64,000 bases of DNA from a virus (Duplodnaviria; Heunggongvirae; Uroviricota; Caudoviricetes). Each line of letters opens with the position of its first letter. Position 1 is the first letter of the stretch. Of this stretch, positions 56,836 through 64,000 are shown piece by piece. The stretch lies in the IMG/VR virus record IMGVR_UViG_3300045597_000172. The stretch is one strand, 5' to 3'. The notes under the pieces are model-generated. The model was not told where the DNA came from and did no database searches. It saw only the letters and a list, made by a program, of their open reading frames with translations. Both the position numbers and the translations under genes were made by a program.

Positions 56836-57186
56836 CTAAAACCCAAGAAATCCGAGCAATGGTGTTACGTAGTTAATCGCACCAAAGACTTCGCCCCAAG
56901 TATCGCTAAAGTTGCCTTGGATGGTATTTACCGCACCACTCATCAGTAAGATAGCCCCAATAACGAAAGCGATACCGGAACTCCAATACCACTTAGCTTT
57001 CTCACGTGATTTAACTACGGCAATTACTAAGAAGATAACTGCTACAATAATGACAATAGCACCACCGAAACTAGCAACAACATCCCACTTAGATTTTAAA
57101 TTACTGGCTCCTCGTGAAAGCGACGAGAATAAACCCGACGCAACAATAGGAGCATTTGCAAGTAATGACGTCATAAAACTTGCCAC
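56836..57186 (-). CDS. small membrane protein, VirB2/pilin-like (putative)
   Basis: 116 aa with two long hydrophobic helices after an N-terminal leader; tra context. Confidence 0.55.
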   Translation of the reverse strand: MASFMTSLLANAPIVASGLFSSLSRGASNLKSKWDVVASFGGAIVIIVAVIFLVIAVVKSREKAKWYWSSGIAFVIGAILLMSGAVNTIQGNFSDTWGEVFGAINYVTPLLGFLGF

Positions 57187-57285
57187 GTCCTTTCACCTAG
57201 AATTTTCTAAAAGTATTACTACTTTCATGTTTACATTATAACAAACATCTAACCCATAATACTAGTCCTAAATCGACACATTTTA

Positions 57286-57303
57286 ATGATATTTCATCAA
57301 ATT
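57286..57303 (+). promoter_or_regulatory. operator-like motif copy 3 (ATGATATTTCATCAAATT)
   Basis: 1 mismatch to copy 1; upstream of pilin-like gene promoter region (TGtTATAAT on minus strand near 57235-57243). Confidence 0.5.
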
Positions 57304-57358
57304 AGACATATTATCTCAAAATGGTGCCAAAAATATTGAAATTTCAACAAGTTATTAC

Positions 57359-57565
57359 TTACTTAAACAAATCCCAAATACTAAATGTTGTTTTACGATA
57401 AACAGCACTATATAATTTACGTTTGGGATGCAACCATCCCATGCCACGTTTACCATATTCCGGAATTATCGCACGTTTAACACTTCGCGTTAATTGGCCT
57501 TTAGTACGAGCTGAAAAAGACTTTTTCCAACTTGGTTTACGCATACCAACCTTCACAATCATCAC
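57359..57565 (-). CDS. conserved basic phage/mobile-element protein
   Basis: GMRKPSWKKSFSART...YGKRGMGW...KTTFSIWDLFK family pattern. Confidence 0.75.
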   Translation of the reverse strand: MMIVKVGMRKPSWKKSFSARTKGQLTRSVKRAIIPEYGKRGMGWLHPKRKLYSAVYRKTTFSIWDLFK

Positions 57566-57604
57566 CTCCTAAAAACCTTACCTATTCTATTTTAGAACAA
57601 AAAT

Positions 57605-57634
57605 AAAAAACTTGCAGGAAAATCCCACAAGTTT
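57605..57634 (-). terminator. probable terminator
   Basis: AAACTTG..GGA-TTT-TCC..CAAGTTT + T run. Confidence 0.65.
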
Positions 57635-57644
57635 AATAATTATT

Positions 57645-58520
57645 CTACCACCAACCTTGACTTTGCCATGCCGCTTTTGCAGCATCCCAACTACCGTAAC
57701 GACTCTGCATATACTGAGTAGCCACACGTTCTTGATTAGCAGCCGAATAATCACCGTGTAAATAACTCTTATCTAACTGATAACGTCCATAATAACGACC
57801 ATTCTGTGCTGTATACGATCCACCAGATTCACGTTGTGCAATCCATTCTTTAGATGCACTTGAATTAGTTGTCGAAACAGTGTTCGTATTAGTATTTGAA
57901 GTCGTCGTTGCACTTGGTGTAACGGTATTCGAAGTACTTTGAGCTGGCGCAGTTGACGCAATACTTGGCTGTGCTACGGAACTTGCTGGTGCAGCAGACG
58001 ATGCTACACTACTTGTTGGAACAACCGCACTTGCAGTTGATGCTGTACTTGATGCCGGTACGGTTGACGTTGCAACACTCGTTGTCGCTTCAACAACCTT
58101 TAATTTCAAAGTTTGATTAATATAAATTACATCAGACGTTAAACCATTTGCAGCTTTTAAATTTGCAACAGTTGTTCCAAATCGATTTGCAATCGATGAT
58201 AATGTATCGCCCGCTTTAGTTACATACGTTGTTGCATTCGTATCAACCGCACCAGACGTTGTACCATCGATTTTAACTTGCTGTCCAACATAAATTAGAT
58301 CTTCATTACTAATTCCATTTGCAGATGCTAATGCCGATACCGTAGTATTCGCATTCTTAGCAATTGTCGATAAATTCTCATTAGCTTGTACAGTATGTAC
58401 CGTATCTGCATTCGCTGAAACACCGGTAGCTGCAACCCCCGCTAATCCCGCTACCAAACCTACACCTAACAGGGCAAGCTTATGTGACGAACCCTCGTTC
58501 ATCCTTTCTGCTGTACTCAT
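57645..58520 (-). CDS. secreted 2xLysM protein with aggregation-promoting-factor (Apf) lysozyme-like C-terminus
   Basis: Signal peptide; HTVQANENLSTIA and YVTKAGDTLSSIA LysM; S/T/A linker; AKEWIAQRESGGSY..GRYQL..RYGSW..GWW. Confidence 0.9.
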   Translation of the reverse strand: MSTAERMNEGSSHKLALLGVGLVAGLAGVAATGVSANADTVHTVQANENLSTIAKNANTTVSALASANGISNEDLIYVGQQVKIDGTTSGAVDTNATTYVTKAGDTLSSIANRFGTTVANLKAANGLTSDVIYINQTLKLKVVEATTSVATSTVPASSTASTASAVVPTSSVASSAAPASSVAQPSIASTAPAQSTSNTVTPSATTTSNTNTNTVSTTNSSASKEWIAQRESGGSYTAQNGRYYGRYQLDKSYLHGDYSAANQERVATQYMQSRYGSWDAAKAAWQSQGWW

Positions 58521-58632
58521 TGGACCACTCCTCTTTTTATTATCAAAAATATACTTATTACATTATCTACATTAACACTTATCAACAATAATTCCATAAC
58601 AGCAATGTCACAATTAGATTACAGACTGTAAC

Positions 58633-58664
58633 AAAAAAAGACCTGAAAATTTTCAAGTCTTTTT
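58633..58664. terminator. terminator
   Basis: AAAAAGAC.TGAAA-AT-TTTCA.GTCTTTTT. Confidence 0.7.
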
Positions 58665-58681
58665 AAAAGTTCTAAAATTAT

Positions 58682-61255
58682 TTAACGATTGCTTGATGAA
58701 GCACTTGTTGCAGAAGAAGATGGTGCACTATTTGAATTCGAAGATGCACTTGATCCATTTTGCGACGAACTACTTGCAGAAGAACTAACCGAAGATGAAT
58801 TACTACTACTGTTTTGGCTAGAACTACTTTGAGAGCTTTCACTCGATGAACTAGAACTTGGTTGTGACGAAGATTGTGATTGCGTTTGATACATAGGAAC
58901 CGCAACGGTCTTAACATTGTTATTATTTGAACTGTTATGAACTAACATTGAACCAGTTGCAAAACCACCAGTTAATCCAAGTAACATCAACAAGACTGAA
59001 ACTCCTAAATATCCATTACGACGACGTTTGCTATCACGATCAAGCTTATCCTCAGTATGCTTCATATCTTCACGAAGTAAGTTTAATTCCTTACGATGAC
59101 TTTCATCACGTTTATCTAACTTCTCATCATACACTTCGACTTGCTTATTCATCTTAGCTTTAAGTTCATCACGTTCCTTAGTTACCTTAGTCAATTCACC
59201 TTGAACTTGTCCAACAGCTAATTGCTGAGTTGAAGTTGCCTGTGATTGAAGAGTTTCCAATTGACGTTTGTAATTTTCGGCATTTTCAGCCAATGCAGCC
59301 TTATGATTATCCTGTAATTCCTTAATTCGTTCATTAAGAACTTCGACAGTAGTATCATGACGAGCAACATCTGCTTGATCGGCCACACGTTTGTTTTCAT
59401 CATCACGAGATTGTTTGGTATATTGTTCCAACTCAGCAATCTTATTACGATGTGCAGTTTCCAAAACGTTCTGAGCTTTGCGGAATTCCATTGCACCTTG
59501 TTCCATGACTTCCATGTAAACTTTAGATGCCGCCGTTTGAGCATACTCTTGACTGTTATGCTTAATTTCCGTAATATTATTTGCAATTTCTTGACGTTTA
59601 GCTGCCACACCTTGCTGAATAATATCATTTTTATGCTGATTCAATTCCACTCGTTTCTGATTAAACTGCGCTTCAACCTCAACGATTGCCTGCTGACGTG
59701 CATTCTCCAAATCACTATTAAACTGATCTTCTAACGTATCAAGCTCATCTTTAACTAAATCTTGTGCTTGAAGACGTAAACCTTCATCGTCATTCAAATC
59801 AGACTGCAATTCTTTTAACGTTTTACGGTTTGACTTAATCTGAGACCCATCTTCTTGCACTTTATTATGCAGTGCATCCAACATACTAGAACGTTGTGTT
59901 TCAAACCATTGTCGTAAACGAGCCTTACGTTCTTTTAAGACTGACTCTAATTCAGCATTAGCTTTACGACGTAGTTCATTTTCATGATGAATTCGTCCAG
60001 TTGGATCATTAGTTTCATCTGCTAAAGGAATTGGCGTTACAGACAATGGCTTCAAATACGCATCTAAAAATTCACGGTCAGAAACTGAAACTTTCAAATC
60101 AGATAATGTTCTAACAGATGACGTCATAATCGCATTATCGGCTTCAAGGTCATCCCTTGAAACTGTTTCGACGTATGGATTTTTCTTTTTAGGTGTTGGA
60201 TCGGCCTTTGGCGCAACCTGTGATTCAACTGGCTCAACAACAGTCGATGCAGTAGACTGCGTTGCCTGAGAGACTACTGCCGGTTGTGAAGTTTCTGATT
60301 CTTCTGATTCAACATTACCAGACTCAACTGCCTCAGACTCCGTACCATCTTGAGAATCGTCAGCATCGTCCTCAGCATCATTCAACTCATCAGCAGCAGA
60401 AATACTAAAACCTTGATCCGCATTGTCACTAGTAACAGTTCCAGCCGATTGCGGATCTGTTTCACCATCAGAATTTGCAAACGATGAAATCGTTGAATTA
60501 GATGCCTTACCATCATCATCTTCAAATTCACGCGTTGCAGCCATTACGTTCGGATCAATCGTACCCGTTTCATTATCATCAAGTTTCAAAGGATCAGACG
60601 TAGTTGGAACATTTTCATCAACTTTCAATACATCATTTTCAACTTTGAAATTAAGTTTACCATTAACATATGCCCACCATTGTGCCATCGGAAGACGAAC
60701 ATCTGTCAGTCGCAAATGAAGTTCATCATTGTCAATGTTCAATAATCCAACCAACCAACCTTTACTATACTTGGCAAAAGTTGGAAAATCATTCAAAACT
60801 TCAAACGCATCATGCATTGGTAATAACGTAATATACTGCTGATCTAAACTTTCAGTTGTCACAACTGGTAAAAACCCAGAAGCACCTGAACTGGTTTTTA
60901 AACCAACACTAACTTGGCCAAACTGATCTTTATTCTCACGATTGCCCAATCCACTATCTTCAAGGGTTGCTTCATCCATAACAAACACTGGATACTGCGG
61001 ACCGTCGCTAAATTGTAACGCCGTCGCACGAACAAAGTCCTTATCTGAATTAACAACTGATTTATCACCATGTACCGCATCAATAACAGTTGCTGGTACA
61101 GACTCACTAATTTTCATTTGCGAAATTAATGACTTTTTCTTACGACGGGTATGTAATTTACCCCGTGATTTCTTTTCTGATCCAACATCAGACTGATTTG
61201 TATCTGATTCAGGATTCTTGTTCGCTTTCTTATGGAACTTAAAAATTCCCATCAA
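58682..61255 (-). CDS. large acidic/coiled-coil membrane protein with Ser-rich extracellular tail
   Basis: Acidic linker, long coiled coil, TM YLGVSVLLMLLGLTGGFATG, C-terminal poly-Ser. Confidence 0.8.
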   Translation of the reverse strand: MMGIFKFHKKANKNPESDTNQSDVGSEKKSRGKLHTRRKKKSLISQMKISESVPATVIDAVHGDKSVVNSDKDFVRATALQFSDGPQYPVFVMDEATLEDSGLGNRENKDQFGQVSVGLKTSSGASGFLPVVTTESLDQQYITLLPMHDAFEVLNDFPTFAKYSKGWLVGLLNIDNDELHLRLTDVRLPMAQWWAYVNGKLNFKVENDVLKVDENVPTTSDPLKLDDNETGTIDPNVMAATREFEDDDGKASNSTISSFANSDGETDPQSAGTVTSDNADQGFSISAADELNDAEDDADDSQDGTESEAVESGNVESEESETSQPAVVSQATQSTASTVVEPVESQVAPKADPTPKKKNPYVETVSRDDLEADNAIMTSSVRTLSDLKVSVSDREFLDAYLKPLSVTPIPLADETNDPTGRIHHENELRRKANAELESVLKERKARLRQWFETQRSSMLDALHNKVQEDGSQIKSNRKTLKELQSDLNDDEGLRLQAQDLVKDELDTLEDQFNSDLENARQQAIVEVEAQFNQKRVELNQHKNDIIQQGVAAKRQEIANNITEIKHNSQEYAQTAASKVYMEVMEQGAMEFRKAQNVLETAHRNKIAELEQYTKQSRDDENKRVADQADVARHDTTVEVLNERIKELQDNHKAALAENAENYKRQLETLQSQATSTQQLAVGQVQGELTKVTKERDELKAKMNKQVEVYDEKLDKRDESHRKELNLLREDMKHTEDKLDRDSKRRRNGYLGVSVLLMLLGLTGGFATGSMLVHNSSNNNNVKTVAVPMYQTQSQSSSQPSSSSSSESSQSSSSQNSSSNSSSVSSSASSSSQNGSSASSNSNSAPSSSATSASSSNR

Positions 61256-61600
61256 CTACTCCTTCTTTCCATTTATTTTATCCAATTTGCGCAGCCGGTT
61301 AACAGGACTAAATTTAATCCGTAAGCGAGCAGGAATCACAATTGACTTACCTGTCACCATATTCCGACCATGACGTGGTGCTCCTTGAACAATATCAAAC
61401 CGGCCCAATCCGTATTGAGAAAGACTAATTGACTCCCCATTACTCAAATGATCAGCAATTCCGGATACCGTTCGCTTAACAATTGCAGTCACTTCATTAC
61501 TCGGAAAATCCAAATCTGCAACAATTTCAGCAACTAAATCTGAACCCGTTATTCTCTTTTTTTCAGCAGAGCCACGAGTTGATGCTTCATGTCCTGACAA
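61256..61600 (-). CDS. second HU/IHF family DNA-binding protein
   Basis: GLGRFDIV..APRHGRNMVTGKSIVIPARLRIKFSP. Confidence 0.85.
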   Translation of the reverse strand: MSGHEASTRGSAEKKRITGSDLVAEIVADLDFPSNEVTAIVKRTVSGIADHLSNGESISLSQYGLGRFDIVQGAPRHGRNMVTGKSIVIPARLRIKFSPVNRLRKLDKINGKKE

Positions 61601-61722
61601 CGATTAACAACTCCTCTCATGCAGTTAAAATCACTACACAGAATTTCAAACCACCTACCAATCATCAAATAATCATCTCTAAATTCAAATTATTTATAAA
61701 GTAACTGTTTTGAACATCTCCT

Positions 61723-61751
61723 AGTATAGCAGAGACTACGGAGAGAGACAA
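61723..61751 (-). promoter_or_regulatory. sigma70-type promoter for HU2 operon
   Basis: TTGTCT-17 nt-TATACT with TGn extension. Confidence 0.65.
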
Positions 61752-61875
61752 GTGGTTACGAAAAACAATTTACCACAAATGGATAATAAAAAAGACATTC
61801 CCAGATTTAACTGAAAAAATGCCCTTAAAAAATATTACAGAACAGCCTGTTTATCAAATAAGTTAGGTGACAAAC

Positions 61876-61905
61876 AAAAAAACTCGTGATGAAAACATCA
61901 CGAGT
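61876..61905 (-). terminator. terminator after virD4
   Basis: ACTCGTGATG-TTTT-CATCACGAGT + T run. Confidence 0.85.
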
Positions 61906-61921
61906 CTAATATAAAATACGG

Positions 61922-63082
61922 TTAAACTTCATCCCACAACTGAGCAACTAAATCATCATACTTACCATCCAAAATATCTTTCCAAGATGGAAGTTGTGAT
62001 AAATATTTCAGCCAAGTATCCTGTACAGTCACTTTAAAAGCATCCTCAGACTCATTGCCGCCACTCATTAAACTATCTAAGCCATCTTCACCAAAATCTT
62101 CCTTAGCGTCGTTTAACGTATCAGCAGAGCCTTTGACCATGATCTGTCCACCAACAACTAAGTTATTATGATCATCAACCTTGAAATCCGGTGAGGCTTT
62201 GAAATCATCAAGTAACTTAACATACGCCTCACCTAACACTTCACGAGTCGTATCATCAACTTCAAACAACAAATCATGCTTAGAAATTTTCTGATGAGCA
62301 TAAATTTTCTCACTAATCGCATTCGCTTTAGCATCTTGCGTTTGTTGTGCCTGAATAACTTCATGGTTAACTTCCGCAGTATCATTTAAGCCCTTTTCAA
62401 TTTCGTCCTTTGTCTGGAATTGATCATCAGAATAATCTTGATTTTCAACTGCCACTTCACCAACTTCATCCTGAAAAGCAATCTGTTCATTAATTGAACG
62501 CATTAACTCTTGCGATAACGCTTCAGGATCAATCCGTGACAAGTCATCATCCGTCAAAGTATGTCCATTGACTTTATTATTCTGCTTATACAAATTCAAT
62601 TTTTTAGCTGTTAACCGAGCTTGTTTAACCCGCTTTGCAACCATTTCAACAAAGTTTGGTTGGTTATTTAAAATATCAAAGTCCATCGTGTTAGCAGTTG
62701 TCGGAACAGTCCGTAACGTATATTCTTTAGGATCTTCGAAATTTTTCAAAGCATTTTTATGAACCGACATAAACGAGTAAGGCATTGACAATTGGTTTTT
62801 ATCCCAAATAGGATTTCCTTTACCAAAGACCATTAAATTACCTTTATTAACCCGCAACATATCGTTTTTAGATATAACAGGAACTTCTTTTGCAGTCCGG
62901 TTAGTTGACAATTTACCATCGGTTCGGTTAATTGTCTTATACATATCAGTCGAAATCGTCTGACTATCTTTTTCAAGACGGTGCATCTGTCCGGAAAGAC
63001 CCTGCAAAATTTCAAGCATTGAATCATCCGTTGACTTGATATAAATAATATTACCTGTGTTACCTTGCAAAATTTTATCGAT
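61922..63082 (-). CDS. virD4: VirD4/TraG coupling protein, 3' exon
   Basis: IDKILQGNTGNIIYIKSTDDSMLEILQGLSG continues the TraG C-terminal domain; in-frame TAA at 63092-63094 upstream. Confidence 0.75.
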   Translation of the reverse strand: MDKILQGNTGNIIYIKSTDDSMLEILQGLSGQMHRLEKDSQTISTDMYKTINRTDGKLSTNRTAKEVPVISKNDMLRVNKGNLMVFGKGNPIWDKNQLSMPYSFMSVHKNALKNFEDPKEYTLRTVPTTANTMDFDILNNQPNFVEMVAKRVKQARLTAKKLNLYKQNNKVNGHTLTDDDLSRIDPEALSQELMRSINEQIAFQDEVGEVAVENQDYSDDQFQTKDEIEKGLNDTAEVNHEVIQAQQTQDAKANAISEKIYAHQKISKHDLLFEVDDTTREVLGEAYVKLLDDFKASPDFKVDDHNNLVVGGQIMVKGSADTLNDAKEDFGEDGLDSLMSGGNESEDAFKVTVQDTWLKYLSQLPSWKDILDGKYDDLVAQLWDEV

Positions 63083-63602
63083 CGAATCGTTTTATTTATT
63101 AATTACTGAGATATTCAGAAAGTTGTGAAATTATTTTTCGTTTATTAGCAAAAGTTCTATTAAACAACTAAATCTAACATCTCAGTTTCTTAAAATTTCA
63201 CGTAATCGTAACTTACGCTCTGCTAATGCAGCACTCTCATTACAAGACGTGACTGACTATATGTCAAAGTCGGTATCCCGGCCCCACCTATTTTTCGCGC
63301 ATGCCATAAACTTGCACCGCTAACGAGGACGCCATCCTCTAGTCGATGAACGTTATCCGGTAAATTAATTACTACGGACATTCGTAACCATACAGACCCT
63401 TTTTAATAACAACTTAGAACAGTAAATACTGCTTTTATTTCATCATATTGTCATCCGAACAATTTTTTCTGCTTTCGCACCGTCACGCTTGTCGTTTCCA
63501 ACTACGTTGTGGACATTCGGCTTTAAGGTCTTTCGAGGTATTAAACTGGTGTTGGTACTCACCCATTACAGATAAGCAGAGGTTCTTTTATAATAAGATA
63601 AA
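63083..63602 (-). ncRNA. group I self-splicing intron (IA-like, about 520 nt, no ORF) inside virD4
   Basis: R element UCAUCGACUA (63340-63349), S element UGACAUAUAGUC (63255-63266), P7 GACUA/UAGUC, P3 CACCAGUU/AAUAGGUG, P7.1 GAGGA/UCCUC; removing 520 nt restores the frame; boundaries uncertain by 5 nt. Confidence 0.8.
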
Positions 63603-64000
63603 ATTTTCTCCATAAATATCTTTAAGTTGTTGAAGTGTTTGTAATATCAATGTGAAGAACTGACCCTGAGCCAAACCAATAGATTCCTTGGTTTGTAAAT
63701 CAGGAATACCAGAACCATCAGAACTAAGATTACCAACTTCATCCAACATATACTTTGTCTTATATAACGGTTTCTGTGACGCTAACGTTAAATAAGATCG
63801 ATCAACCTGCATATTAAACATCTGGTTAATCAAAATCAAAATAATTCTTGAATATGACTTCAAATGCGGTGGCGTAATAAAATCAACATAAACCGGTTCT
63901 TCCGTATAATGCACTTGAATCTGTTCAAACAACAGTGCGTTATACGCTTCGATTTCACCAACACTACCGGCACGATTACCTGCATCTTCAAGCAAGCTAA
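63603..64000 (-). CDS. virD4: VirD4/TraG coupling protein, upstream exon (5'-truncated by window)
   Basis: Walker B YMLDEVGNL, FTLILQTLQQLKDIYGE; frame open to window end. Confidence 0.85.

Larger units (their letters stand above)
1..64000. mobile_element. Part of a large conjugative element (megaplasmid/ICE-like) with phage-like accessory arm
   Basis: VirD4, VirB1-like, VirB8-like and pilin-like genes plus a phage-type accessory cluster; no ribosomal or core housekeeping operons; no capsid, terminase or tail genes seen. Confidence 0.85.

Noticed and set aside
61601-61921. oriT or replication origin in this intergenic gap
   Set aside because: Explained by a terminator, a SigA promoter and a leader; no recognisable nic site or iterons
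1354-63027. Many short opposite-strand or alternate-frame ORFs in the track (e.g. 1354-1593, 2153-2437, 2829-3092, 14990-15235, 26331-26594, 45400-45990, 47718-56090 set, 59218-59628, 60423-61196)
   Set aside because: Fully nested in longer, motif-bearing genes, no RBS, shadow-like composition
63083-63602. Group II intron, IS element or IStron
   Set aside because: No GUGYG start or domain V, no terminal inverted repeats, no RT, TnpA or TnpB ORF; group I R/S/P7 core is present
61922-64000. virD4 pseudogene or two separate genes as in the ORF track
   Set aside because: Removing 520 nt restores the frame and the conserved motif; treated as an intron-split gene pending RT-PCR
1-64000. tRNA or rRNA genes
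   Set aside because: No cloverleaf or rRNA-like GC-rich segment seen by eye; tRNAscan was not run

Overview
The window looks like 64 kb of a very large, AT-rich conjugative element (most likely a megaplasmid) of a lactic-acid-bacterium-like Firmicute. It has two convergent halves meeting at a bidirectional terminator near 32.2 kb. (1) 1-32179, + strand: about 50 tightly packed, mostly small, phage-like accessory genes. These include a Nudix hydrolase, several phosphoesterases, NADAR, two ADP-ribosyltransferase-like ORFs, two orphan DNA methyltransferases, a secreted nuclease, guanylate kinase, NrdD/NrdG and an ATP-dependent DNA ligase. (2) 32369-64000, - strand: a transfer and cell-surface region with two HU paralogs, a rhomboid protease, a GtfA/GtfB-like pair, a class A PBP, VirB8-like proteins, a VirB1-like lysozyme/NlpC protein, a pilin-like protein, a LysM-Apf protein and VirD4. 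The main discovery is the 3325-aa ORF at 46710-56687. It is a single-chain, fused beta/beta' two-barrel RNA polymerase with intact catalytic motifs (ED, GDK..GNK, DADFDGD, bridge helix, trigger loop). It lacks the sigma-binding beta-flap, carries a second catalytically dead barrel copy, and is fused to N-terminal SLOG/YspA and C-terminal NADAR domains, all inside the transfer-gene cluster. Also found: a 520-nt group I intron splitting virD4, a repeated terminator plus GGA-triloop hairpin element (candidate promoter for the element's own RNAP), a duplicated 67-bp promoter/operator, and a shared 18-bp operator-like motif. All calls come from motif recognition by eye; no database search was run. 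No CRISPR array, tRNA or rRNA was seen.
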